From an uncultured cyanobacterium (GTDB taxonomy: Bacteria; Cyanobacteriota; Cyanobacteriia; Cyanobacteriales; CAWCAG01), in the NCBI GenBank assembly GCA_963793425.1, contig CAWCAG010000005.1:640001-704000 (forward strand): a stretch of DNA of 64,000 bases, read 5' to 3'. The notes under the pieces are model-generated. The model was given only the letters and a program-made list of their open reading frames with translations. It had not been told where the DNA came from and searched no databases. The position numbers and the translations under genes were made by a program. Shown one piece after another: positions 30,663 through 41,458 of this stretch (the first letter of the stretch is position 1; each line of letters opens with the position of its first letter).

Positions 30663-30688
30663 AGGTAATATTATTTATAGCAATTAAT

Positions 30689-30730
30689 AAAAAAATGCAA
30701 GTCTAATAGATTAGTTCAAATAGACTTGCA
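30689..30730 (-). terminator. Intrinsic terminator on minus strand
   Basis: TGCAAGTCTA/TAGACTTGCA perfect 10-bp stem followed by 7 T on the minus strand. Confidence 0.6.
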
Positions 30731-30976
30731 AGAAGCGTCTTTTCTTTTGAGAATGCCCATTGCCGACACAACAAGGTCGGAATTAATTAATTGAGCAAAA
30801 GTTGAGATTGCTTGCTAGCTTTTTCCTTTCCCTTTGCCCCTCAAACAATGTACTTTTACTCAATCAAATAAAGAAAAATGGTATTTTCACCCTAACCATT
30901 GGAAACACAGTTGGGTTGTTTGTCTTGAATTCCCAGCAATTATTCAACAAGTTGAAATAAACTGCTTAACTAACTT

Positions 30977-31013
30977 AAAAAGCGTGGGGCAGGTTCTAGT
31001 CCGCTTCCACGCT
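30977..31013 (-). terminator. Intrinsic terminator on minus strand
   Basis: AGCGTGG...CCACGCT GC-rich stem followed by a T run on the minus strand. Confidence 0.55.
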
Positions 31014-31504
31014 GAGGAGATTGTCCCCTCTGGGTTTTATTACTATAAGGAAAGATTGAAATAGTGGCTCCAATGCTTTCACTACTAATTGAGCCATAAT
31101 CGACCCAATAAGAATCTTTTTTAAAGCTAGTTTGGATTGTGAATATCCCTAAAGCTAAGGCTAAAGTAGCAATGTTTTGAGTAGATGTCCCTAATAGAAT
31201 CACGATAATCTCCAAATGCAGTGATAATGGTTGTTCTCCCTTAATGCTTTGGTTTAAGCATCTGTTTTAACGGGTTTTAAACTATTCAGTTTAATTTTTG
31301 TCCTTGGTTTCTTTCGGTTGAGAAATGTCCCTTCATCACTAACTAAGTTTAATGCTAAGCGGTGATAATGAGTTCCGTATTAATACCCCTTTATAAAGTT
31401 TAAGCTAAGAAAGTTAGCATAATATATTTGTTTACATTCTTATTACTTAAAAATGTCATTAAGAAATTAAACAAAGTGGCTTATTAACTCTTTTTGTCCT
31501 AAAT

Positions 31505-32881
31505 TCACCCTGTAGATTGGGCAGTGTAATTGCGGCAATTATTGAGAAAATTAGTAGCAATTTCAGTGTTAAAACCGAAATGTAAATGTAGATAAGAAGC
31601 ATGAAGATTAGCTCGTTGCCACCCTTCAAATATTGCTGCACTTTGAGGATTTAAGGTTTGCATTTCCCATAAAGGCTGGGTTACGGAGGAAGTTAACTGG
31701 GAACGATGAAATTCATGTCCCCAGACTATTTTTCCTTGTTTAACCATGGAACTAGTACGTAAAGCCTTAGCTTTTCGATATCCTATTATCAAACTCTTTC
31801 CCATAGCAACGCCAGTGGGTAATACCCCTACCATAGGCCAATATTTTCCAGCAAAATCAACAATTTGCTGTCCCAAATACATTAATCCACCACACTCTGC
31901 ATAAATAGGTAAACCCTTTTCAATAGAAGCTTTTAGCTGCTTAAGGATTTGTTCATTTCCAGTTAGTTCTTGAGCAAAAACTTCGGGGAATCCCCCACCT
32001 AAGTAACATCCCTTAATTCCTTGAGGTAAGTTAATATCTCTTAAAGGACTCCAAGGAATTAATTCAGCTCCTAATTGCTCCAAAATATCTAGATTATCTT
32101 GATAATAAAAGTTAAAAGCTCTGTCCCAAGCCAGAGCAATTTTGACTTTTTTATCTACCCTAGGAGAGAGTGAGTTGGAAACAGGAAAAGAAGTTTTTTT
32201 GGGGGTTAATAAAGGTAGTAATTTATCCCAATTAAAACACTTAGCTGCTAGGTTCGTTAAGGGGGTAATAATTTTCTTAAACTGTGGTAATTCCCCCGTT
32301 GGTACTAGCCCTAAATGTCTGTCTGGTATAGCGATGTCATCTTGACGACGGAGGATACCCAAAATAGGTAAATTGAGAGATTCTAAGGCTTCTTGAAGTA
32401 ATTCTAAATGGCGATCGCTACCAACTTTATTTAAAATAACACCAGCCAGCTTAACTTTGGCATCAAAGCTACTATAACCGTGGGCGATCGCAGCTACAGA
32501 ACCAGAGAGGCGGCTACAATCAATTACTAATACCACAGGTAATTCTAATAACCTAGCAATGTGTGCCGTACTAGCAAAGTCGGCTAGAGATTTAAACTTA
32601 ACCCCATCAAATAAACCCATCACCCCTTCTACCAAAGCATAATCTTTGTCTTGGCAATGGTAAGCAAAGCACTTGGATACATAAGCTTCAGAAGTTAGTA
32701 AGGGATCGAGATTGCGACAAGGAAGCCCCGTAACCCGACTATGGAACATGGGGTCAATATAATCTGGCCCTACTTTGAAAGATTGTACCTTATTACTTTT
32801 TTGAGCCAAAAACGCTAGTAAAGCGAGGGTAATAGTTGTTTTCCCTACTCCACTACGTTCCCCTGCAATAATTAAAGCCAC
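31505..32881 (-). CDS. cbiA: Cobyrinate a,c-diamide synthase
   Basis: SGVGKTT, FKVGPDYIDP, EGVMGLFDG, RHLGLVP, AECGGLMYL, GHEFH. Confidence 0.95.
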   Translation of the reverse strand: MALIIAGERSGVGKTTITLALLAFLAQKSNKVQSFKVGPDYIDPMFHSRVTGLPCRNLDPLLTSEAYVSKCFAYHCQDKDYALVEGVMGLFDGVKFKSLADFASTAHIARLLELPVVLVIDCSRLSGSVAAIAHGYSSFDAKVKLAGVILNKVGSDRHLELLQEALESLNLPILGILRRQDDIAIPDRHLGLVPTGELPQFKKIITPLTNLAAKCFNWDKLLPLLTPKKTSFPVSNSLSPRVDKKVKIALAWDRAFNFYYQDNLDILEQLGAELIPWSPLRDINLPQGIKGCYLGGGFPEVFAQELTGNEQILKQLKASIEKGLPIYAECGGLMYLGQQIVDFAGKYWPMVGVLPTGVAMGKSLIIGYRKAKALRTSSMVKQGKIVWGHEFHRSQLTSSVTQPLWEMQTLNPQSAAIFEGWQRANLHASYLHLHFGFNTEIATNFLNNCRNYTAQSTG

Positions 32882-33251
32882 TACTTATAAAATTAATTGT
32901 AGACTCTTTATTATACTAACTTTTACAAATTAAGCTCTCATAAAAATGACTTCAAGTAGTTAACATATATGTCAAAAAATAGACATTCTTAATAGTTTTT
33001 GTGCTATAATATTCCCTAATATTCACTTACCTACGAATGTAGGGAATTGCTAAAATAATCACCAAATATAATGAGGAGGCATATTAACAAAAAATATTAT
33101 TTAAAAACCAAAAATTTTATTTTCAAAAGTTATAGCTATTTTTTTAAACAACTTTATATTGCAATTTCTGTATAATTATATTTTGAATATAACTCTTTTT
33201 GATTATTAACTATATCTTTAGTAAAAAACAATAACGTTTATTATTTATAAA

Positions 33252-33389
33252 ATGGAGATTTTAAATAAGTTAAAAGAGCAGGGAACTATCAAGATAAACA
33301 ATTTGCCAGCCAAGCTAAAAAGCGAGTTTCCCGGAGAATTTACTGATATGACTCTTAATGAAATTAGAAAATTTGAGGAGGAGGTTTAA
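33252..33389 (+). pseudogene. 45-aa ORF, probable polymorphic-toxin C-terminal remnant
   Basis: MEILNKLKEQGTIKINNLPAKLKSEFPGEFTDMTLNEIRKFEEEV; EFPxE..xxTLxEI resembles an RHS toxin-tip motif (recall); AT-rich context. Confidence 0.4.
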
Positions 33390-33393
33390 GTTC

Positions 33394-33873
33394 GTGAAAA
33401 TTTTTCTCACCGAAGCAATTAAACAAGCTAACACTGAACAATTACGGGCTATTATCTTCGCTTTAAGTAATCAAGCAAACTAAGATACAAAAATAATACA
33501 ACTCTTATCTCAATATCTTCGAGATAAACGCCCAATAATTGTTGCTGAGGCTATAGATGGCTTAACCAAACAAAATGAGACAACAGCTATTTCAGAAGTC
33601 TCAGCTTTATTGAATTCTCAGTCTCCTTACATTAGAAATAGCGTTCTTCGTTACCTCAGTAAACTGTATCCAGAACAGGCATTTCCTTTACTAAAAGAAG
33701 CATTGCAAGATCCAGATTATCTTGTTCGAGAAAATGCGGTAGATGAACTAGGAGAATTAGATAAGCCAGAAGCGATCGCTTATCTTGTTCCTCTAACCAA
33801 AGATCCTCACCCTGATGTACGCCAAGCAGTAGAGACGGCAATAGATATGCTATCTTGCATTTCGGTTGTTTGA
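33394..33873 (+). pseudogene. HEAT-repeat protein interrupted by an in-frame stop (immunity-like)
   Basis: Frame open from GTG 33394, TAA at 33481-33483, then the same frame continues into the track ORF 33610-33873 (LRDKRPIIVAEAIDGL, LQDPDYLVRENAVDELG, DPHPDVRQA). Confidence 0.7.
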
Positions 33874-34110
33874 TAACTAGTTCTGTTAACACTGCTTTTC
33901 AGCATTGATCGTCTTGCGATCGCAGAAATTTATCTCCAAAAAAAACAACCGCGAGACAGAAATTCACGGTTGAGATGGATGTGAAGGAGTAATATGATAC
34001 TTCTTATCATAGGGGTAGAAAAGCTCAACCTAATCTCGGTTACAGTTTTTGCAACAGAAAATATTTTTCTTAAACTTACAGAGTAAAACCCGGAGTTAAG
34101 GAATTGGTAC

Positions 34111-35169
34111 ATGGGCAATGAGACACAATTAAAAACCCGACAACAGGATGTACGCAGTTGTGGCATTAATCCTAATCATTGGTATGTTGTAGCCTCTGCT
34201 AAGGAAGTGCAAGAAAAGCCTTTGGGGGTAACTCTTTGGCAACAAGCTATAGTTCTTTATCGCGATGAAACAGGGGTTGTTAGGGGGCTAGAAGATCGTT
34301 GTCCTCATCGCCAAGTTAAACTAAGTCACGGTCAGGTTAAGGGGGAAAACCTTGAATGTGCTTACCATGGGTGGCAATTTGACTCTGGGGGTAACTGTGC
34401 AGAAGTTCCTTATTTAGGGACGCAACAAAAGTTACCCAGTTGTAAAATTCGTTCCTACCCCGTCCAAGAATTACATGGCTTTATTTGGTTATTTTTAGGG
34501 GAAAATGATCCAGAATCGGTCACTCCTTTAGGGCTACCGGAATGGCAAAATTTAAACTACATCGCCACAGTTTCAGTAATAGATTGCCAAGCCCATTTCT
34601 CTTACTTAATCGAGAATCTGATGGATATGTATCATGGGCATTTACACCATGATCTCCAAGCTTGGGCAAGTGCAGCTTTACAAAGCTTAGAAGCGAATGA
34701 TCAGCGGGTTGATGCCCATTATCAGGCACAAAGTTATTATCGTATTGATAAAATTTGGTCAATTTCTCAGCTTTTCTTTCCTGCCCTACGTCGCCTTCAC
34801 CTTGAACCTTTAGATGTCAGTTATGTTTATCCCCATTGGCAATCAAGTTTAGGGCAAGATTTCAAAATTTGCTGCCTATTTTGTCCTGTTAGTCCCACCC
34901 AAACCCGTGCTTATTTAGTTCATTTCACTTCCCTAAATGCCTTTTGGCGTTTACAGAAACTACCGATTTGGTTTCGCCGTTTCATCAAAGAAAGTCTTTT
35001 CGGGGCAGCACAAAAACTTCTTGATGGTTTGGTGAAACAAGATGTCAAGATGATTGAAGAGGAACAACAAGCCTATAGCCAAAATCCTTACCAACGTAGC
35101 TATGAACTCAATTCTGCTGTAATTAAGGTGCAAAAGTTAATTCGCCAACAGGATAACAGTGAACAGTAA
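34111..35169 (+). CDS. Rieske non-heme iron oxygenase alpha subunit
   Basis: CPHR...CAYHGWQF Rieske motif, ENLMDMYHGHLH iron site. Confidence 0.92.
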   Translation: MGNETQLKTRQQDVRSCGINPNHWYVVASAKEVQEKPLGVTLWQQAIVLYRDETGVVRGLEDRCPHRQVKLSHGQVKGENLECAYHGWQFDSGGNCAEVPYLGTQQKLPSCKIRSYPVQELHGFIWLFLGENDPESVTPLGLPEWQNLNYIATVSVIDCQAHFSYLIENLMDMYHGHLHHDLQAWASAALQSLEANDQRVDAHYQAQSYYRIDKIWSISQLFFPALRRLHLEPLDVSYVYPHWQSSLGQDFKICCLFCPVSPTQTRAYLVHFTSLNAFWRLQKLPIWFRRFIKESLFGAAQKLLDGLVKQDVKMIEEEQQAYSQNPYQRSYELNSAVIKVQKLIRQQDNSEQ

Positions 35170-35196
35170 ACAGTTATCAGTTATCAGTAAACAGTG
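35152..35196. repeat. Heptamer tandem repeats (TAAACAG/TTATCAG)
   Basis: About 6 degenerate units overlapping the oxygenase stop; partial inverted copy near 35238. Confidence 0.7.
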
Positions 35197-35266
35197 GATG
35201 ACAAGTACAATTATTGGTTAAGTAGTTAACTAATAATTGGTAACTGATAACTACTGCAAGCTAATA

Positions 35267-35689
35267 TTACACCCCTGCTGCCTGCTCCCCACTCCCTACT
35301 TCTTTCCCCAAAGATTGCGGATCTAACTCCTCTAATTCTGGTTCTGTTTGCTGTAAATGTTCTTCTAATATCTTGAGGTTGCGGACGTTTGATTTGTAGA
35401 AAGCATCAAAGATATCCCCAATTAAAGGAACTGTACCTGCTACGGCTTCTAAGGTGATATTGAAAAGCATTTGTCTAAAGTCTTTACCCGATAAATTGAA
35501 GCGAGTGGCTAAGTAAATGATATAAGCGGAAAAAGCAGTACTAACCACATCTCCTGCCCCAGGAATTAAGCCAATAATCGGGTCTAAGCCAATGCGAAAT
35601 TTAGTTCCGGGGAGGCGAAAAGCAGTATCCATTAAGCGAGAGAGTTTGCGAATGCGGTTGAGGTTAGCAAGGCGTTGGGCTGAGTTCAT
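35267..35689 (-). CDS. DUF4112 domain protein
   Basis: LMDTAFRLPGTKFRIGLDPIIGLIPGAGD, PLIGDIFD. Confidence 0.9.
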   Translation of the reverse strand: MNSAQRLANLNRIRKLSRLMDTAFRLPGTKFRIGLDPIIGLIPGAGDVVSTAFSAYIIYLATRFNLSGKDFRQMLFNITLEAVAGTVPLIGDIFDAFYKSNVRNLKILEEHLQQTEPELEELDPQSLGKEVGSGEQAAGV

Positions 35690-35780
35690 GCCAAATATGT
35701 CTAATGCTAAAGATTTGAGGATGAGTTGTAGTGGTGAATAAAATACTAAATAGTTCCGAATGACTGGCTAACTTCTGACT

Positions 35781-36053
35781 CTATGGCCCAGAAAAAACCG
35801 CTGATTCTATATCACCGCGACTCAGGGAATATTTGAAAGAACGGGTAACATTGTGTTCCGCTTTATCAGTTTGAAAGTAATGGACAGTTAATTCCTCAAC
35901 CTCTAGACATAATTCAGCTTGCCAACTAGGTCGTTTTACTTCCCAGCAATGTAAATTTTCTCGGTTTTGTTTGCAGCCTAAGTTAGCTAGCCATTGCTCA
36001 ATTTCTGGTAAAGGATGGTTATAAAGGGGGGTGTCAGAAGGTAAGGTAGGCAT
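35781..36053 (-). CDS. DUF3143 domain protein
   Basis: TPLYNHPLPEIEQWL...FKYSLSRGDIESAVFSGP. Confidence 0.85.
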   Translation of the reverse strand: MPTLPSDTPLYNHPLPEIEQWLANLGCKQNRENLHCWEVKRPSWQAELCLEVEELTVHYFQTDKAEHNVTRSFKYSLSRGDIESAVFSGP

Positions 36054-36616
36054 TAACTTAAAAATAATACTTTTAATACAGTCTGGAAATTGGTAATCGC
36101 GAAAAAGTGGATTTTAGTGAAGTGGGATACTTGAAGTGCTGTATCTCCCCTGGTTAAACCGATAAATATAGCAATCATTAAACAGCCAATAAAGGTCAAA
36201 CCTAAGATAAATAAAGCAAATAGTTCTCCAGAGGAAAGAGGACGGTCTGTCGGGTCAAGATAAGCGGAATTAGACCACTTTCTAGGAGATGATTCCCCCC
36301 TTTCTGATTCTAAAGGTGGTTGAATTACATGGTAACGGGAATAACCAATTTTATGATCGTAGAGCGATCGCAACTCTGGATTGCTTAAGGTAGCATAGGC
36401 TTCATTGAGTTGCTGAAATTTAATTGTGGCTTCTGGTATGGGTAAGTTAGTGGTATCAGGATGGTAGCACTTACTTAATTCTCGATAAGAGCGGCGAACT
36501 TCCACAACGGAGGCTGAAGGATGAAGCCCTAAAAGATCATAGTGACTATGGGCCAGCTTAATATGGGCTGGTAAGGAGCGCGAGGTTGATTTTTCTGTTA
36601 CTCTCTCCTGGTTCAC
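36053..36616 (-). CDS. J-domain protein with C-terminal TM helix
   Basis: HYDLLGL, YHPD, LNEAYATLS; DRPLSSGELFAL followed by TM. Confidence 0.9.
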   Translation of the reverse strand: MNQERVTEKSTSRSLPAHIKLAHSHYDLLGLHPSASVVEVRRSYRELSKCYHPDTTNLPIPEATIKFQQLNEAYATLSNPELRSLYDHKIGYSRYHVIQPPLESERGESSPRKWSNSAYLDPTDRPLSSGELFALFILGLTFIGCLMIAIFIGLTRGDTALQVSHFTKIHFFAITNFQTVLKVLFLS

Positions 36617-36703
36617 TTGCTTCGATGTTTAATTATTGATGTATGTTATTTTAACTGAATTCTCAATTGAGATTAGCTAAATTTTCCCTAGAGGGGCTTA
36701 GTT

Positions 36704-37114
36704 ATGAAACCTCAAAACATTTCTCCCCTTGCTGAGACTGACCCCAAACTTGCTAAGCAAGTACAAAGATTGCACCGCCTTACAGTTTATTTTAGATGGA
36801 TTATTGTCGTTATTTGCTGGTTAAGTCTGGGTATTTTCGGTATTTGGGGACTACGCCACGAAATTGAACTGTGGAGAGAATATTTTACTTGGGTTGCGGT
36901 GCGCTACGGTTTGTTTTACAACCCCCTAGCTACCCTATGTGTGGCCTTTTGTTGTGGTCTGACCACAGCAGTTTTAGTTTGGCAAAGTCGTAATATTTTG
37001 CTTGGTCTTCCCCCAAGGGAAAGGCAACATTTAGAAAGAGGAGTATTAAAAATCCGCGCTGTTGGGCCGAGTCATCCCCTTTGGAAATTTGTGGTGAGAG
37101 AAACAAAAAAGTAA
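36704..37114 (+). CDS. Conserved hypothetical membrane protein
   Basis: Two TM segments; QVQRLHRLTV, FTWVAVRYGL, GPSHPLW. Confidence 0.75.
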   Translation: MKPQNISPLAETDPKLAKQVQRLHRLTVYFRWIIVVICWLSLGIFGIWGLRHEIELWREYFTWVAVRYGLFYNPLATLCVAFCCGLTTAVLVWQSRNILLGLPPRERQHLERGVLKIRAVGPSHPLWKFVVRETKK

Positions 37115-37136
37115 TTAATTAGCAATTAGCAATAAT

Positions 37137-38096
37137 CTAAACTTCATCGGAAACTTGCGTTTCTGGAATGGCAATATTTTTAATCCCTTTGAGATTCCTC
37201 CACCACGCTAACAAGCTACTAGCAACAAAAATACTGGAATAAGCGCCCAAAATAAAACCAATTATTAAAGCTAGGGCAAAATATTTTAAAGTTTCTCCCC
37301 CAAACAGAAAGATTGCTACTAGGGGGAGTAGGGTCGTTAATGTGGTGTTGATGGAACGTCCCAAGGTTTGATTAACCGCAAGATCAACGATTTCATTAAT
37401 TGATTCATTGGGCATTTTGCTACTGGTTTCGCGGACACGATCATAAATAACTACAGTGTCATTGACAGAAAAACCAATGATAGTAAGTAGGGCTACTAGG
37501 AACAAACTGTCTACTTCAACATTAGCTACTAAACCTAAGACGGCAAAAACACCCGTGGTAACTAAGACATCGTGGAATAGGGCTAAAATAGCGAAAATAG
37601 CATAGTCGAATTTGAAGCGAAAGCTGAGATAAACTATGATACCGAAAAAGGAAACAATCAGAGCAAGTAAACCCGCTACGAATAGTTCTTTCCCAACGGT
37701 GGGGCCAACGGTATCTATTTGAATGCCGTTAGGGTCAAATTTACCAATTGCTTTGCTTAAATCCTTTTCTAAGTCGCTGCGTTGGTCTACACTCAGGTTT
37801 TCTTTGATTCGTATAGCGACGGTATGCTCGTCAATAACCTGAACACCACTTCCCCCTAGTCCTTTTGCTGTGAGAACTTCCCTAACTTCACCAGGTTCGA
37901 TTGGTTGTTCACAATTTTGGGGTTCAGAACAATCTAAACTTAATTGTAGACGAGTTCCCCCTACAAAGTCTAAACCAGGGCGTAAGGGGGCATTTAACTG
38001 GCTAAAGGAAACAACCATCGCCAGCAAACTACCGACCATAGCAACAGCAGAAATGCTCCACCACAAACGTTGCCGTTTAATAACACTAAATTTCAT
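37137..38096 (-). CDS. secF: Protein translocase subunit SecF
   Basis: [30 protein letters not shown]. Confidence 0.97.
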   Translation of the reverse strand: MKFSVIKRQRLWWSISAVAMVGSLLAMVVSFSQLNAPLRPGLDFVGGTRLQLSLDCSEPQNCEQPIEPGEVREVLTAKGLGGSGVQVIDEHTVAIRIKENLSVDQRSDLEKDLSKAIGKFDPNGIQIDTVGPTVGKELFVAGLLALIVSFFGIIVYLSFRFKFDYAIFAILALFHDVLVTTGVFAVLGLVANVEVDSLFLVALLTIIGFSVNDTVVIYDRVRETSSKMPNESINEIVDLAVNQTLGRSINTTLTTLLPLVAIFLFGGETLKYFALALIIGFILGAYSSIFVASSLLAWWRNLKGIKNIAIPETQVSDEV

Positions 38097-38120
38097 CTAT
38101 TACCTACTACCCATTACCTA

Positions 38121-39524
38121 TCACTTAGTTGCTACATTTAAGTTTGGACAAAATAGTTCTGGTTTTTGACGAACTTTTGGCACACTGAGGACTATTAACA
38201 TTAACAGAGTACGACTACAGGTTAAAGCAGTAAACATACTCACAACAACACCAATTGCTAGGGTTAAAGCAAAACCTTTAACTAAGCCAGAACCTAACCA
38301 AAATAGGGCAGCACAGGCGATTAAAGTTGTGACATTACTATCTAAAATACTCGAAAACGCGCGGTAAAAACCCGATTCTACTCCTCGATAGAGACTTTTA
38401 CCTGCCCTGAGTTCCTCCCTGGTACGTTCAAAGATAAGTACGTTAGCATCCACTGCCATACCAATGCTGAGGATAAATCCGGCGATTCCAGGTAGGGTTA
38501 AGGTGACTCCAACTAAGGTGAAGCAAGCTAGGGTCAAAATGGTGTAAATGATTAAGGAAATATCAGCGATTATTCCTGGCAGACGATAATAAACTGCCAT
38601 GAAAATTAGTACTAATACTAAACCAGCGATCGCTGCATAAACACTACGCCTGATACTATCTTGCCCCAAGGTAGCCCCAACGGTGCGATTTTCCACTACT
38701 TCTACGGGGAAAGGTAAGGAACCACCACGAAGTTGAATTTCTAAGTCACGAGCTTCTTCGATGGTAAAGTTACCGGTAATATCTGCGCCGCCCCCATCAA
38801 TACCTTTTTCAGCATATTGTGGCCCTACGGTAGGGGCGCTAATTAAAACCCCATCAAGGAAAATACCAATACTGCGCCCTGTACCCGCTAAATTTTTAGT
38901 TAATTGGGCGAAATCTTCCCCTCCTTGTTTATCAAAAGCAATGGAGACTTGCCAACCTAAACCTGATGGTGATTGAGTTGCTAAGGCATTAGTTAAGTTT
39001 TTGCCTTCTACTTTTGGGGAGTCAAAAAGCTCATTTATGGCTTCTCTGGTTTGAGTGAGAGATTCCTGCTTTTCAGCAATTTCTTCTTCTTGGCCATCCT
39101 GTTTTTGTAGTGTTTCTATTTCTGCTTCGAGTTGTTGTTGGAGAGCAAATTCTACCCGCAATTCTTGTTCTGTTCCTGCTAGTTGTTCGCGAAACTCCAA
39201 TTGCGCTGTCCCTTGAAGCCTTCTTTCTGCTTGAGTAGGATCACTAACCCCTGGTAGTTGGACAAGAATTTTATTTCCCCCGGCTGTTTGTACTACTGCT
39301 TCAGATACCCCACTAGCATTAACCCGATTTTGCATAACGCGCTTAACGGCTTCTAGGTCTTCTTCTGAGATTTCTTTGATATCTTCAGTAGGTTTGACCT
39401 GAATAGTTAATTGCGCCCCTCCTCGCAAGTCTAAGCCTAGATTGAGGGGTAATTGTACTAAAAGAACAATTGCGCCAATTACTAGAACAATGATGAGGGC
39501 GATTAGGGAACTTTGTTTTTGCAT
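38121..39524 (-). CDS. secD: Protein translocase subunit SecD
   Basis: [27 protein letters not shown]. Confidence 0.97.
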   Translation of the reverse strand: MQKQSSLIALIIVLVIGAIVLLVQLPLNLGLDLRGGAQLTIQVKPTEDIKEISEEDLEAVKRVMQNRVNASGVSEAVVQTAGGNKILVQLPGVSDPTQAERRLQGTAQLEFREQLAGTEQELRVEFALQQQLEAEIETLQKQDGQEEEIAEKQESLTQTREAINELFDSPKVEGKNLTNALATQSPSGLGWQVSIAFDKQGGEDFAQLTKNLAGTGRSIGIFLDGVLISAPTVGPQYAEKGIDGGGADITGNFTIEEARDLEIQLRGGSLPFPVEVVENRTVGATLGQDSIRRSVYAAIAGLVLVLIFMAVYYRLPGIIADISLIIYTILTLACFTLVGVTLTLPGIAGFILSIGMAVDANVLIFERTREELRAGKSLYRGVESGFYRAFSSILDSNVTTLIACAALFWLGSGLVKGFALTLAIGVVVSMFTALTCSRTLLMLIVLSVPKVRQKPELFCPNLNVATK

Positions 39525-39689
39525 AGCGGCAGTCTGTCAGTTTTTAGTTGACGGGTAAAGGGAAGTAATAAGTAGTAACTAATTAAGTAAAGAATATACT
39601 TTCTTTGTGGTATGCGAGATTGAATTTGTGGTTTAAGGGAGAAGGATAGAAAGCGAGGCGCTACAATAACGCCTCGTACTATAAATCAA

Positions 39690-40673
39690 TTAAACCTGTA
39701 AAGCGACCATTTTCTTTACAGCTTCAACAATTTGCTCTGGTTGAATAATGGTTAGCCTTTCTAATGTTCCATTGTAGGGGGTAGGAATGTCTTGGGAAGA
39801 CAGTCGTACAACAGGAGCATCTAATTCATCGAAAAGTTGTTCGTTGATCAATGCAGTTAATTCTGCCCCAATTCCCCCGGTTTTCATACATTCTTCGACA
39901 ATGATGACGCGGTGGGTTTTCTTGATCGAAGCGCCGATAGTTTCTAGATCAAAAGGCTTAAGGGAGATTAAGTCAATAATCTCTGGATCTAGTCCTTCTT
40001 TTTCCAGAGGCTTCAAAGCTTGCAGACAGTGATGGCGCATTCTAGAGTAGGTGAGAATAGTTACATCCTTACCTTCTCTAACCATTTCTGCTTTATCAAT
40101 GGGAACCAAATATTCATGTTCTGGCAAGTCTTCTTTTAAGTTGTAAAGAAGCACGTGTTCAAAAAACAATACTGGATTATTATCCCGAATGGCTGCTTTA
40201 AGAAGACCTTTGGCATTATAAGGGGTTGAACAAGCCACAATTTTTAATCCCGGAACCGCATGAAAGTAAGCTTCTAAGCGTTGGGAATGTTCTGCCCCTA
40301 ACTGGCGACCTACTCCCCCAGGGCCTCTAATAACCATCGGAATGGTAAAATTTCCTCCGGAGGTATAACGTAACATACCAGCATTATTAGAAATTTGGTT
40401 GAAGGCCAGGAGCAAAAAGCCCATGTTCATACCTTCAATTATCGGTCGCAAGCCTGTCATAGCAGCTCCAACAGCCATACCAGCAAAGCTATTTTCGGCG
40501 ATGGGAGTATCTAATACTCTCAATTCACCGTACTTCTCGTATAAGCCCTTGGTCACTTTGTAAGAACCGCCATAATGCCCTACGTCTTCTCCGAGGACAA
40601 ATACAGTGTTGTCACGAGCCATTTCTTCATCAGTTGCTTCGCGCAACGCATTATAGAAAAGAGTTTCTGCCAT
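39690..40673 (-). CDS. pdhB: Pyruvate dehydrogenase E1 beta subunit
   Basis: [27 protein letters not shown]; likely start MAETLF at 40673. Confidence 0.97.
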   Translation of the reverse strand: MAETLFYNALREATDEEMARDNTVFVLGEDVGHYGGSYKVTKGLYEKYGELRVLDTPIAENSFAGMAVGAAMTGLRPIIEGMNMGFLLLAFNQISNNAGMLRYTSGGNFTIPMVIRGPGGVGRQLGAEHSQRLEAYFHAVPGLKIVACSTPYNAKGLLKAAIRDNNPVLFFEHVLLYNLKEDLPEHEYLVPIDKAEMVREGKDVTILTYSRMRHHCLQALKPLEKEGLDPEIIDLISLKPFDLETIGASIKKTHRVIIVEECMKTGGIGAELTALINEQLFDELDAPVVRLSSQDIPTPYNGTLERLTIIQPEQIVEAVKKMVALQV

Positions 40674-41031
40674 CCATCGCCTCACCTGTTTGCAGCAAAC
40701 ACAATCCTATCATTTCATTTGGTGCTTGGTGTTGGGGAATTTAGCTAGCGCTTCGGGAATTTTCTTGACTAAAATCCAGTTCGTGATTCTAAAACTAGAA
40801 CAATTTTTCTCCTAATTGTTTACATAAAAAATTAAAATTTTGTGGTAAGAAGGCTTTGTATATTGGTGATTTTACGACATATATAAAAGAGCGTAAATCT
40901 ACTCTAATAAACTTTGAAAAGATATGCTGTTGGAGATAAGAGAATTATTTAATTACAGTAAATTTCTATTTAATATTAATAGGTTAATACCAGTAACTTC
41001 CTGATTGAAATTTTAATAAACATCTTGTTGA

Positions 41032-41244
41032 TTACTGTAATTCTTCTTCAGTGAAAGAAGGAGAGTTATGAATCAACCACTCCTTTAAAGCTTCTTCTAA
41101 AGCTTCACTTTGACTAGTTTGCTTAGAAGTACAAGCAATTTTAAAACGAATGGCTAAATTTTTAGGAACATAGCCGCTTACTTGAGCATAATTGGGGTCG
41201 TCACGTTTAGTTACCACAGTTATCTTTATACATATTATTGACAA
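41032..41244 (-). CDS. Small RHH-type DNA-binding protein
   Basis: QVSGYVPKNLAIRFKIAC...SQSEALEEALKEWL RHH pattern; real start may be GTG 41217. Confidence 0.7.
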   Translation of the reverse strand: MSIICIKITVVTKRDDPNYAQVSGYVPKNLAIRFKIACTSKQTSQSEALEEALKEWLIHNSPSFTEEELQ

Positions 41245-41390
41245 TGCGATCGCGAACTAATGAATTCACAATCGCATGAATTAACCAACTAATGTTACAG
41301 TAATTGGTCATAGACATCATCTAACCATATCACCAACCCAGTTATTAACTAGTAACTCAATTAGTTGGTACTTTGAAAACTGAAGGCAAA

Positions 41391-41428
41391 AAGCCAGCAG
41401 ACAAGTTTACACGGCTTCCTGCTGGCTT
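41391..41428 (+). promoter_or_regulatory. Leader hairpin upstream of the 41459 ORF
   Basis: AAGCCAGCAG...CTGCTGGCTT perfect 10-bp stem just 5' of the AAAGGA RBS. Confidence 0.5.
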
Positions 41429-41458
41429 CGGGCTTCTTATCAAAAGGAAACCTTTACT

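Noticed and set aside
30834..31215. Overlapping 76-aa (+) and 81-aa (-) ORFs
   Set aside because: TTG starts, no motifs, and both run through a terminator hairpin; a decayed gene cannot be excluded
32882..33250. Cobalamin riboswitch upstream of cbiA
   Set aside because: Extremely AT-rich, with no B12-box or supporting stems visible
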